DNA from: Podarcis gaigeae
Taxonomy: Eukaryota
Length of the DNA: 64,000 nucleotides
Assembly: GCA_964106915.2 (NCBI GenBank)
Contig: OZ066914.1
Strand: one strand, 5' to 3'
In this document: positions 37,171 through 50,300 of the stretch, one piece after another
Position numbering within the stretch: position 1 is the first letter of the stretch
How the letters are laid out: each line of letters starts with the position of its first letter
Made by a program: the position numbers and the translations under genes
Notes under the pieces: generated by a model
Seen by the model: only the letters and a program-made list of their open reading frames with translations
What the model was told of the DNA's origin: nothing
Database searches by the model: none

Positions 37171-39289
37171 CTTATCATTATGATCTGTATCAGAAGATTT
37201 CCCACACAAGACTCTGTTTTCTAGCAATTTAGCACTCACTGTAAACAATATTATAATTTAGAGGGTCTGAGCTTCTTATAGATACTCATTTTCAAAAGCA
37301 TCCAAAAAATAGTCTGCCATTTAAGGAGTATAAGGCGATAACCCAGTCAGGAATACTGGCCAAGGGAGAAAAGTGAAGGGTAAGTTTTACACACCTAGAG
37401 TTTTAAAACCTACTTTGACCCTTGTGGAAATGTAAAAATTAACCAAGAGTTGTTTGTAAACTCTAAATGCATCAAAAAGCAAAATGACACCAAGAATGAC
37501 ATGCTATTTATTTTGAAGGAACGGTGGAATTGTGTTGTTGTATTCCAAACTATGCGAGTTCAGCACAAGTAAAATTGTTTATCGACATAAAAACTGTTTA
37601 TGCTTAGGCTCTGAATGTATAATGATGTATGCCAATTTTATGCAGGTTTACAGACTGGTGGGGAAATTGTTACATGTGTTTAGTCCTCTTGTGGTAATTC
37701 AGCAGTAGAGGGCTGCATGCCAACCCAAACCTGATTCAGAGGCACATATACGTACCCTCAGCAGCCAGGGAAGGCAGGCATTCCACTTACATATTCATGC
37801 ACTCAACAGGAGATAGACAAGAGCCTGCACACAGAGCAGGGGAAGGGTGGACTCAGCAGACAAAAACACACATTCACTTAGCAGTGCTCCTGCTCTCAAG
37901 CAGGGTCTACCCCTGCCCCAGCACTTTCCTGCCTGTTATTGACATTGGAGAAAGGCCCCTTCTTTGGTGTGACACCACTGTTAGGTCTTCTTCCTGTTTT
38001 CTAGCCTTCTAAGACCTAACAATGGCGACAACCTTTAAAGAACAGTGCCATCCCAGGGGGCAGAAGGGGCCCTTTGGTAAAAAGATAAGAGGTGTCACCT
38101 TCGTTTCCCCTTCTCTGCAATGGGGGGGGGGGAGAACAGCACCACCCATTTACATTTTTTTAACTGCAGCCAGGTTATCGATGACCTTTCTGGGCTACCC
38201 AAAATTACTTGGGATGTGTGGATGAGCCATGTGTTAGCCATGGCATGGAAGATCAGAAATGTCTTCTAAATGAGAAGCTTGGAACTCATCTGTCAACGCT
38301 GGTCTAAGGTTCCACTAATTCAACCCAGAGAGACAATAATTTGAGCAAACACTTAAAAGTCACACTGAACATTTGTTCTTTTATATTAGTTTTGTTTCTC
38401 TTACGAAATGGACAAAAGGATGAGGTTACTACCTACCTGTAGTGGTTAACAATGCACCTCACATAGGCAAAACACATTTTTAGAGGGTATGTTAAGAATA
38501 TGGTAGAACCCATGGTAGAAATCAACATATCAGGCACCAGGCAGGTAGTGTGATTAGATATATGCTATTATTTGTGAAGTGATATAGCTACAAGCAGTTC
38601 AAGGTGAACAGAAATTCAGTAGAAATTTGTCTTTGGAGCACAGGAGCAAAAGACACAAACATGCTCTATACCTTTCACAAAGGGATCAAAGAAGATTCAA
38701 AACACTTTTGAGAGAAGGACCAAAAGCAGATGGAGAAGTGAGACATTGGGAGTCAGGGAGATAACAAGTTCGGTAGAAACATAAGTCTATTGTGGCTCTC
38801 AGTGTGTGTATTTAGAGCTTGCTATTGGTATAGAATACCTCTCCCAGGTGAAGACATACCCTAGAATTCAGAGGCACACAAAGGGGGTATTCAATCAGGA
38901 AAATCTTAGGAATACAAGTGGATATTAAACCAAAGGAAACAGAAGCTTCAACATGCTTGGAAATTAAGCAGCTTTAAGCAAAGCAATGAAGTTTGGTAAA
39001 CAGCTTCACATATACAGCCTATTTTATTACTGGGTCAGAAGAAGTAATGATCAATTTACACTTTAGGGGCCTGTATCACATTTCCCCATACACCCTCCCC
39101 AATCCTTTCCCCTTTTGGATGCCTTTCTGTATACTGAAAATGATCCTTTCTCCATTTGAAAGCACCAATAGAACTATGTTTCTACCTTTTCCAAAAAACA
39201 TCATGGGACATAGGGACTAACCCCCACCCAACTTTCATTTGTATATTAAGGATTCTGGACTTTTATCAGAAATTCACTGCTCCCACTCC

Positions 39290-39600
39290 CCAGTCTTCTA
39301 TCAAACCTTTATACCTGAAAGATAATCTCCACCCCCATCATTCGGCTCAGACATCGAGTTCCAGTTCCGAGGGCCTTCTAGCAGCTCCCTCACTGCGAGA
39401 AGTTACAGGGAACCAGGAAGAGGGCCTTCTTGGTTCTGTCCACTCCATAGAGCATCATCCCATCAGATGTCAAACTGATAAACAATTACACAACTTTCTG
39501 AAGACATCTGAAGGCAGCCATGTAACAGGAATTGTTAATGTTTGATGTCTCACTGTTTTTATATTATGTTGGAAGCCACCCAGTCTGGAGCACTTTTTAA
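39290..39600 (+). mobile_element. L2-like LINE 3' fragment
   Basis: YLKDNLHPH..AQT.SSSSEGLL motif and tail tgttggaagccacccag. Confidence 0.65.
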
Positions 39601-39758
39601 CAAAATGAGTTAAAAAGCTATTTTGTTTGTATTTAAAAGTTATGCTGTTGAAATTTAATTGACTTCTAAAAACCTTCTCTTTTAAAAAATCACATTTCTG
39701 CTTTTGCACAAATAAATATTTGCCTCTATCGCCTTGGCTATTCAGAAAAGCAATACAG

Positions 39759-40046
39759 CAGGGGTAGGCAACCTAAGCCCCAGGGGCTGGATGAGGCCCA
39801 ATCACCTTCTCAAACCGGCCTGCAGATAGTCCAGGAATCAGCGTGTTTTTACATGAGTAGAATGTGTCCTTTTATTTAAAATGCACCTCTGGGTTATATA
39901 TGGGGTCTGCCTGGTGTTTTTACACGAGTAGAATGTGTGCTTTTATTTTAAATGCAACTCTGGGTTATTTATGGGGCACAGGATTTCGTTCATTTATTTT
40001 TTCAAAATATAGTCCGGCAACGGCTGAAAAAGGTTGCTGACCCCTG
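39759..40046. mobile_element. hAT-type MITE with internal ~73-bp duplication
   Basis: caggggtaggcaacct / aggttgctgacccctg TIRs; internal gtgtttttacaYgagtagaatgtgt repeated. Confidence 0.8.
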
Positions 40047-40619
40047 CAATAAGAGTTTGGCCAGACTAACAAACCATGCAACTAATTCTCTGTAGCTAAT
40101 GTGCTTTGTGCATATGCTTTCTGAAAACAGCAGCCTGTGTTCTCCATGGTGAATGAGTTTTAAGTACTAAGGGGCCTTCCCAAAGCAATTTGTAATTTGC
40201 CACTTGGGGGAGTGGGGGTACTGTTAAAAAAAATCCACCAGTGTGTGCAAACCCTTGCACTCACCTGTAAGCAGTTCTTTGTGTCCTGCTCCTTCCCTGA
40301 AATATTACACATATGCACAGGTGGTTATGTCCCACTGATTTTCAGTTGCACATACAATATAGAACTTTGCAAAATTGCAGTCCCCATTTCCTGCAAGTGT
40401 TCCAAATGTAATGTCCTCTTAGCAATGTGGCTGGGATTCAACTAACTAGTCCCATCATTCCACCAGCACAGCGGGCTTTTTTCTCTTTCTCCTCTTCCTG
40501 TGTGCCCTGAAATTTGCAGGGGAGCAGGGGAAGAATTGGGCAAATCTCCAGAACAGCATACAGGGGGAAAGGGGGAGGGTGGGTGTTCCATCTGGCAAGC
40601 TGAAAATCTTGGGCTGACA

Positions 40620-41100
40620 GGATTGCCATAGCAGTATGCTGAATTTCTCTCCCCGTTTCAAAGTACAGCTGTACTCCTGAACGAAAGCAACTTCACATTT
40701 GGGCATTATGCAAAACAAGTTAAACCACCTGGCTTCTGAAAATACTGCTATTATTTTGATGGCTAGATCCCTTTCTGAGCTAGCCTTCCCTTCCCCCACA
40801 TCTGGCCTTCCCAAATCATTTTCCTTCTCTTCTGGGTACACGCTCCGCACAAATTCCAAGTTTCTTGTTCTTATATTTAACTTTATCCACCCTTCTGAAC
40901 TAGGCTACACCTGTTGTGGATTCTTCCTCATCCACATTACTTTTCTGCTGTAGTTTTCATCAAATATCAGATTTCTCCCCTGCCATTACAATTCCTGTGC
41001 CTTATGCTATAACACTGTCCCAAGTCTGTAAAATCTCCTCTTTATAACTCTGTTGCCCTCTCTTCTGTCCACACTTCTTACTGCAACCTGCTTCAACTTC
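40620..41100 (-). mobile_element. L1-like ORF1 remnant
   Basis: Degenerate NL...PEEKENDL motif preceded by purine-rich coiled-coil-like coding sequence. Confidence 0.5.
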
Positions 41101-41379
41101 AAAACATTAAGAGAAAAAAACGACTTTCCTCCCCCCATGTGAATGCAGTGTAAAAGATGAATTTGCTGCTTACGCCATTTTATTATTACTTTATTAATAA
41201 TTATTATTGTTCTTATTATTATTTTGCTTTTATCATTGATTTGTTTTTACAGTCTTGTAAACCACCCTGGTAAAATTTACTGAAGTTAAGTTTACAGAAT
41301 AACAAATACACATATCCCACTTTCACTCCATTAAGCAGATTTTGTATTGTTTCAAAAGCCTGCTAATCTAGTTTTACCA

Positions 41380-41835
41380 GCTGCGATAATAGGGCTGAAG
41401 AAATGTGGGCCGAGCATGTACTAAAGGAGGAAAAGACAATTGGAGAGAAACTGAATGAATTATTTGCATCTACTTTCGCTACAGAACATGTCAGGTAGAT
41501 AGCTGTTTGTCTAAAGAACTGAGGAACGTGATGGCAAGAAATGAAGTTCTATGCCCTATTTAAAAAAACAAAAAATTATCAACCCAAGCATTCTTAAAAG
41601 AATCCAAATGCGGAATTGCTGATCATCTAACCAAAATAAATTGCTGCCAAGATTGAGCAGTTTCTAGTCCTCAAATACGGAGACCAATTATTAGCAATAC
41701 TAACAATAAACATCTTTTTTAAAAAAAGAAAATGAAAAAGCAAGGACAAGGAAGATTTATAGGCCACTTAGTTTAATGTTGGTCACTCCGGGGCAAACTG
41801 ATGGAAAGCATTAAAATGACCAAATGCACAGAACA
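41380..41835 (+). mobile_element. CR1-like ORF2 remnant
   Basis: EKLNE.FASTF and YRPLSL motifs. Confidence 0.55.
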
Positions 41836-42569
41836 GGGGTGGGGGAAACCTCCAAGCTCATGGGCCAATCTTGGTCCACCTTTGAATCCTTTTCAGAAAG
41901 TCTGTGGACAACGTGGAGTCAAGAATCCCAGAAGTTTTAATATTTGATAGATTTACTGCAGATTAAACAGAGATTTTAAAGGCAACACACAAACCTTCCT
42001 CAGGGATTTTTTTTTAATATTATCACTGAATGGATGGGGAGATTGATAAACATTATGGATAAAGACAACTGACATGATACCCAAAAGATTTTTTTTTCAT
42101 GTTAGAGAAAATGCTGTAAATTCAAATATACAAGCAGAAATTGATGGGAAGGCGACTAGAAAAAGAAAGAAACCTGACTGGCTCAGAGCTTTAAAAAATT
42201 GGAAGAGTTGAAATTTCAAAGGAAATAAGGAGAAAGATTTAGCAGGCACTTTTTTCTACAAGAAGTGAGACAAGAGATAGATAAGCAATTCAGAAAATGT
42301 ATAACATGTATTGTTATGAAATGCAAATGTTTGTGTTGGGAGAAGATGTGGCCAAAACCAAGATTATGCTCATGTGGAATGCAGAAAAGTATACAGGGAG
42401 AATTTTTGTAGCAAAGAGTAAAAACAGAATACTCTATGAACACAATACTTCTTAATGTAATATTGAACAATGTAATGTAATATTGAGGAAGCAGGGAGAA
42501 AAACTAAAGAATTGATTAGAAACAGACTGACAAGACATTAGAAGGGTTACTTTCTCTCCCATTTCTCTT

Positions 42570-42900
42570 TCAGCTCCAATTCTGGCAAACTACACTGACT
42601 TCCAATTAATTTCCAGGCTAAATACAAGGTGCTGGCTTTGACCTATAAATACTTTTTGTGTCTCAGGATCCCAATACTCTAAGGACTGACTCTTTGCAAC
42701 ATAAACCAACCCATACCCTTGGTCCTTCTTCATATACCCACTCCAAGGAAGGTGCAGGAGGTGTAAAAACAAGAGCAGGCCTTTCCAGTGATGGTTCTCC
42801 ACTTATGGGCTGCTTTCCCCAAGGAGCTATGCCTGGTGCCATCATTATGTATCTTTAGGTGCCGGAGGAGGGGAACATTTCTTGTCAGGCCTTTGGTTTT
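42570..42900 (+). mobile_element. L2-like LINE 3' fragment
   Basis: LH*LPINFQAKYKVLALTYK motif. Confidence 0.7.
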
Positions 42901-42951
42901 GATTATATGTGGCCTTTTCTGTGTGAGATATGTTAGTCCTACTCTCTTATA

Positions 42952-43192
42952 CCGTGGTACCTCTAGTTACGAACTTAATTCATTCCGGAGGTCCGTTCTT
43001 AACCTGAAACTGTTCTTAACTAGAGGCGTGCTTTCACTAATGGGGCCTCTTGCTGCTGCTGCGCCGCCAGCACACGATTCCCGTTCTCATCCTGGGGCAA
43101 AGTTCTCAACTCGAGGTAACTCTTCCAGGTTACTGGAGTCTGTAACCTGAAGCGCTTTTAACCTGAGGCATTTGTAACTCAAGGTACCACTG
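42952..43192. mobile_element. Tc1/mariner MITE, family of 5537-5767, opposite orientation
   Basis: gtggtacct TIRs, TA TSD. Confidence 0.88.
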
Positions 43193-43894
43193 TAAATATA
43201 ATATTCAGCTTTTACTGTTTGAATTTTATACTGTTTTCATGCTGTTTTATTTTTTGCAAGTCTCTTAGAGTTACCTTCTTCTTTAAAAAAGTAAGTAGTA
43301 AGTTCAAATAATGAGAAGAGCTTTTCAAATTCATTCCACTGGACTTTTACAAAGATCCCCTGGAAAAGCAAATTGTGCGTTCAAGTTGCCACTTTCACTG
43401 ACTTTTGGGGGTGGGGGGACAACTGATCTAGGGAAAGGAGTGTGAAGTAACCGGAGAGAGGGGTGCCTATGGCGGTTGCTCAAAAATACAAATGTGCCCA
43501 CAGGCCAAACCAGGTTGATGTTTCCAACACAGACCACTGTTTCTAAACCTGAACCAACTAATTTCTTATTATAATTAAGTTTATTTTTATTGTATTTTAT
43601 GTAAAAATGAATATATTTGAAGTCTCTTTCCAGCCACACAAGGAACTCGTTTTAGAAAGTGGTTAAAAGGATTCAGTTCTTTTGATTACATATAATATGA
43701 AGTTTAGAACACAAATAATTGCAAAATAAGGATTTGAACAAAAAACTACTTTGGTATTAAAGTCATTTCTGACAAGAGCTTTTTCTGAAAATATATCCAC
43801 ACACTCTCTCATCAACCTTTATCTGAAGTAATTTATTTGGAGCCTATTTTCAGATTTTTAAAATACTCTTGACAAAGTGCTACATGGACTTTCT

Positions 43895-43895
43895 A

Positions 43896-43955
<60 letters not shown>

Positions 43956-43975
43956 AAAGTACACACACACACACA
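43895..43975. repeat. Compound (CA)n(GA)n microsatellite
   Basis: Direct reading of the sequence. Confidence 0.9.
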
Positions 43976-44433
43976 ATGGTATGACTAGCACCTCTGAGGT
44001 TCAATGATAGATGTTGATAGCAGCCAAGCCTACAAATAAAAACAAAATGATGTAATGGAGCCAGTATATGGTTTAGTCATCAACTGAGAGGGGGGGGGTA
44101 GGAAAGGAAATTGAGGGAGGAAGAAATGGATCTCCTTGAATGCATACAGCTAATATTGAGTATCCTAGAAGAAAAGGAGGATGGAATATATGCTATGAAA
44201 TTAAAGGAAGAATAGGAAAAAATGACACCTTTTCCCATTTCTTCTCTCCAGAACTCCTTCCCCCCCAGAAAAAACCCTCCTTATGTAGCCATCAAGTGTT
44301 AAGGTTCAGGTCTAGCAGCCCAAGGCAAAGTTCTTGGAGCAAAGAAGTCTAAGCTGATGAGGCAGGAGAGAAAAAATTACGAATGACAAATTATTTACAA
44401 ATAGTTTATGTAAACAAAATTCACAAGCCACTA

Positions 44434-44647
44434 CAGTCATACCTCGTTGCGAATTTGATCCGTTCTGGAGGCACGTTAATAACCCACAGCGTTCGCAGCC
44501 TGAAGCGCTGCGTCTGCGCACGCGCTATGCAATTCGGCACGTCTGCACATGTGCCGAAATCCAGAAGTAACGGTACTTCCGGGGTTCGGCACGATCCACA
44601 ACCCGGAAATGTGCAATCCGCAGCGTTCGTAACCCGAGGTATGACTG
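44434..44647. mobile_element. Tc1/mariner MITE (CpG-rich, young)
   Basis: CAGTCATACCTCG TIRs, TA TSD on both sides. Confidence 0.9.
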
Positions 44648-46509
44648 TATCTATACTTAGAAAAAATAACAATATCCAACTATTTCTGGAGACTTCTACT
44701 CTGCACCATAACAATCAACTCATAGGGAGCAGTACAGCTATAAGCCCCTAAATGAATTGTGTGGCATGGGAAGATGAGAAATTTCATTTGCTCCCTGGAT
44801 AGAATCACATGACCAGCAGCTGAAAACAGGATAAAGACAAAAAAATGGGGGGGGGCACTTTGGACTCAGAACAATTCTACTATATTGGTAAGGAGTGTTC
44901 AAGAGACACAGACAATCTGAAGGCACTGGATAAAATGAAGCAAGCTGGAGCCCAAAGGAAAGGCCACTTAAGAACAAAGTGTACGAAAAAGAAAGTTTAG
45001 TTTCTCTTCCCCACGTACAACTGAAGAGCTTTTCAATTTCCATTTTTCACATTGCTTTTAAAGCTCTGCAAGTTTAAATGAACAGCCAATAGGCCACTTC
45101 TCATTTAAGTGTTTAGGTATCATACATGTAAGAAGTAGCAGTGCAAAAGGTGAGATTAAAAATGAGTTATAATTTCAGTCCCATCCTTTAACTAGGTATT
45201 ATGCCAGATATGCTTAGCTCAGAAGAGTTGGTCTCCAATACTGAATATGATTAGCTATTAGCTTTTAGCTCACTACCTTTAGTGGCAAAGTTTATTGCAA
45301 AGATATATTATATTGGAGTCCAATGACTCCAATGTTTTCAGAAATATTGGGTTGGATCTTCTCACATAAATTTCCCTAAGGGAGTAATTACAGACACGTG
45401 TGGTTGTTTTCTATGGCTTGGTTCATTGTTTGGGCTAACAGCATCCCTTTCATGTTGTGGACTATTTCCACTTGTCGCATACAAAGTGAATTGTGTGGGT
45501 CTATAGAATAGCTGGCATATGGAGCAAATATGTATTAATGAAGGGAAGATTTTTTGGATTAGGGCAGGGTTTTGATTTGAAGACAGATTCATTTCAAGCC
45601 AATGAAGAACTACTGTGAAAAGAGTGGATACAGAAAAGAATAATTGTTCTTTTACAAATGCCTCTTTATTCTGTATTTTTGTGAAAGGAGAGTTCAGTCG
45701 TATTCACAACAGTAAGTATACTTCATACAGCTAAATAAGATATACACAATCAAATATACATATGGAGGAAAGGAAGAAATTTAATTATGCTCTAACTGGT
45801 ATTTCATGACAAGACATGCATTTTGTGAATGTAAAAGGGCACTGGAACAGTAAAACAAACAAACAAACATTAAGTATTTCGAAGGTTTATCATTAAAAGG
45901 TACGTTAGAACTTCCATTCCTTACCCATGTATACCTCCAATATGTGCTCTGGAAGGTTGTGAGCCTTCAGAGCAGATTTGAGGGTGGGGAGGAAAGGAGG
46001 GGAAGTGCACTTGGCTCATGCAATGCTGGGATTCAACCCAGTTGCCCAGATCCATACATTTTCCAATACGTTTAGGAAATCCTAGAGAAGGCTAGGAAAT
46101 ATTATAATGCTAGAATACCCTGGAAAGGGGAAGGATAAAAGGGCTGGCTGGCTGGCCGTAACATTGCCTCATAGCATAACCATTATTTTCCAAAAATGAA
46201 TTGTGCAATAATTACCTTGCTGGATCAGACCAAGGACTCAAATATTTTATTTTGAATACTGGCCAGCTAGATGTTTCTGGGAAACACACAGGATATAATA
46301 ATAATGGGCCAACAGTCCATCCCAGAATCTCCTACACTATGGCAAAATGACTTATTGCTACAAAAATATCACACACACATATTCTAAGCTGAAAGATTTG
46401 CACAGAGTGAACTTGTATTACCTTAATAAAGGTAATTTGTTATGATGGGTATAACCATTTGCAAGAATGTTTGATAACAGCATGAAACACAATTGTCAAA
46501 TCTCATATA

Positions 46510-47346
46510 CAGTGGTGCCCCACAAGACGAATGCCTCGCAAGATGGAAAACCGCAAGACGAAAGGGTTTTCCGTTTGCGGGTTGCTTCGCAAGACGAATT
46601 TCCCTATGGGCTTGCTTCGCAAGAAGAAAGCCCATAGGGAAATCTCCGGGGACCTCTTTTAAATGCTGGCGGTGGGGAGCAAAGCCTTTCCCTCCCCCCT
46701 CTGGCCTTCAGAAGAGGTCCAGGAAGGCCGGCGGGGGCCGAAAGGCTTTGCTCCCCACCGCCAGCATTTTAAAAGCGGTCCGGGATAGCAGGGAAGCGTT
46801 TCTCCGCTATCCCGGACGGCTTTTGAAGGCAGGCGGGGGGGGAGCAAAGACTTTCGCTCCCCGCCGGCCTTCAGAAGAGGTCCTGGACCTCTTCTGAAGG
46901 CCGGCGGGGGGCAAAAGTCTTTGCTCCCCCCTGCCTGCCTTCCCGGGAGAGCGGAGAAACGCAGGACGTTTCTCCGCTATCCCGGATGGCTTTTGAAGTC
47001 CGGGACCTCTTCTGAAGGCTGGCGGGGGGCGAAAGTCTTTGCTCCCCCCCGCCTGCCTTCCCAGGGGCTTTAAAATCGCCCCGGGACAGCGGAGAAGTCC
47101 TCTGCTGTTCCGGGGTTTTTAAAATGCTGGGGGTGGGAAGAAAAGCCCTTGTCGTCCCCCCCCCCAGCCTTCAGAAGAGGTCGGGGGACAGACTGTCCCC
47201 GGACCTGGTCTGAAGGCGGTTTCCATAGGAACGCATTGATTGATTTTCAATGCATTCCTATGGGAAACCGTGCTTCGCAAGACGAAAAACTTGCAAGACG
47301 AAAAAACTTGCGGAACGAATTAATTTCGTCTTGCGAGACACCACTG
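46510..47346. mobile_element. Tc1/mariner (Tigger-like) non-autonomous element with GC-rich internal palindromic array
   Basis: cagtggtgccccacaagacgaa / ttcgtcttgcgagacaccactg TIRs, TA on the left, sub-terminal gcaagacgaa repeats. Confidence 0.88.
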
Positions 47347-50300
47347 TGCTGTAAACTATTTCCCTCAAGCTGGGGGTACAATTTTAACAGTCTGTCCTGG
47401 CCCTTAGTATAGGAGGAATAGCAACAGTAATACTGTGGCATTTTTTTAAAATTACAACTACTTACTTGCAGTAGCACCTATTGTATTTTTTCTTGCAAGG
47501 GAGCATGTTGCAAGATCTCAGGAGAAGGTAGTTAATTACTTGGGTTTAAAGTTTTTAATTAGTTATGCATTTTGCTTCATCTTTGGCCAAACAGGAGCTG
47601 ACAACAATGGTCTCATTGTTTCCAAGGTATATTTTCCTTTAACCTGGAAGGAACATATCTCTTATTCTAAATATGCATGAACCTGCTAGTTACATATGAA
47701 TTCATCCCATCTCTATCGTATGTCAATGATACAGCATTAGGAAAAAAAATTTCTATGTCCACCCATTTATTTTGCAGATCTTAACTCTCCTCTGCTGCCC
47801 TTTTCAGCTTGTTTAATAATGGAACTCTCTCTTTAAAGAAAACATTTGGAGGATAGCTTTGCCATCATGCTTTTTCACTTGATCTTAATTCTAAATTCAC
47901 TACAAATGGAATCAATGGAAGAAGACACTCCCCTAAGTATCTTCATATGACTATTTAAGGGCCAGCACACTGAACAGATCATGGCAACAGACTGGCAACC
48001 CTATAACTCAGACAGGGAAGTACCTGGGTTATAGTCAGTTCCATACTAAAGCAAAGTTAGCATATTCTGAACCAGCTAAGTTTCCAGGTTGCTTTTCAAG
48101 AGTTACACCACACTACATAACCAGGTTTAGAGGTTAGCAACTCGTGAAAAGGACCACCAGACCTCTAGTTTACGTAAGGGCTGAAGCTGCAATCAAGCAA
48201 AGCTGATAAAACATGGTCTAGGCCAGAGATAGCAGCACTGGATGCAGCAGCATGGTTAAATTGAGTCCACTACTTAAGGGGTATAACCCCATGAACAGCA
48301 CTTGAGAACTTAAGGCATAATCTAAAGCTTAGAACATGAAAATGAAATGCAATTATACTCCCCAGTAAAAGTATTTCTGGACTGTGTCCATTCCATAGCT
48401 GTGTGCAAGTCCCAAATTTAGCATTTTGACCATTTTTTCTATACCTCCATTCCTACCACCACTTCTAAAGATTTTAACCCTTGCATATTGAAAATATGTG
48501 AACCGGCTTAGTGACATCTCAGAAGCTGGACCAGGGCAAAGTACGATTTTCAGTGAACAATGTGTTGGTACTGCACAGATTCTTTGCCTCCCCATGACTA
48601 GCTTAAATAATTATGCAAAATGTGAATGTGTGTAATTTTAGTTTGTATCTGTAGTAAAACTTGTTACCTTGATAGAATCTGACTATTACATGCAGGGTAT
48701 AAAGTACACAATCCTGCGTATAGCAAATAGAACTTTTGGCATTTCTGCAGCCAAAGAACTTGACCCCCTCCCAAATATTTTCTAGTTATTTAACACATGA
48801 CATAGAATGCAGGCTCCTGAACTAAGATTGTGTACTTAATACCATAAATTCTGAAAATAAGCCTTAGTGTGCTTTGCAGACTGTATGGAGACATACACAA
48901 GAATGCTTACATTACATTTTACATTACATTTAGCAGCTAAGTTCTTCAATAACAGCCTTAGGCTTCTGAAATAGCTCAGGAAGAAGAAAGTGAATAGCAG
49001 CCTCCTTTAGCAAATCACATGACCCCTCTGCAAGTATTTTTGTTCCAAGTTTAAATACCTAGAGAAGGGGGCTGGGGAGAAGCTTCTAATTTTATTTTAT
49101 TGTATCATAAGTTTTTAATTTGCTTTTTCTTTGACATCTGAAAACTCTGTGTTATTCAACAGCTGACAAAACAAAAGAAACAAAATGATAAGCCATGATA
49201 AGCAAAAAGGAAACCCATGCCATTCTTGTACTTGGTGAAAATAATTCTACCATGGGTGATACCCAGAAGAATTATATATGTGACATCTTATTGTGTCAGC
49301 CTGTTTGCTTCCCTTTCCACCTTCCTGCAACTGCCCATTACTCCCAAAAACATCTGCTCCAGAGGGTCTCCCAAACTTCCAGAGGAGATTTTGGAAGCAC
49401 ACTAAGGACTGCAGGGAGGAGAGATGAAGAGCGCCTTCCTGACCCAAGCGGGGGTTGGATGTCACTCAATATGATTCTGTAGTCCAAAAATAATTGAAAA
49501 TAATTGTTTTGCCTTGTTTATGTCCAATGTTCCCGAATGACTTTAGGAATAAGTCTCTTGCATTGCCTACAAAAATCTAATATTTAGGGGGAAAATACAA
49601 GTGTATGTGAGCACACACAAGAGAAAGAATGATGATTTTTTTAAAACCATGTACAGCCACTATACTAGAAAGCTCGTATTTCAAATCCTAACTTCTTTTT
49701 GTCTTGTATACCAGGTTATTGGAATTGCTTATTATATAAACTCATGACATATGTGGGAAATCCCAGCTTTGTAGTGTGTTTCAAAGGCAAGAAAGTAATA
49801 TCTTCTGTGTTTAAGTTGCCGGTAATTCCATTGACTGTTACACTCGTACTACAATAAATGATGGGCCAAAAATCACAGACACAATTGCATCTGATTTCTG
49901 ATGCAACGCTACAACAAGCATATAGAAATTAATATTTATTAACAGGTAAGGAGCAGTATACAAGTACATTTTTTAAAAAAGGTATGAGATTCATGAGGTA
50001 TTTCAAAGTCTAGTATAAACAATTGCTTTACAGAAAACCACATGCAACTTTGTAAAAAATTACCGTAGTAGGGTATTACATAATTGTAGTAATAGCATCA
50101 GATTAATTTCAGAGGAAATTTTAGCAATATGTAGGTATTTCACATTAAAGAACTCCAAGCACATTCTCAAACAATTATATTTTCAACCATATATTTCTAA
50201 ATATGTCTTTCTCAGAATGTTTGTATCAAAATATTTAAAAATCCTATAAGAAAAAGATGTATAATCCTGAAATCCTACATTTTCTGTGGCCTCTATACCT

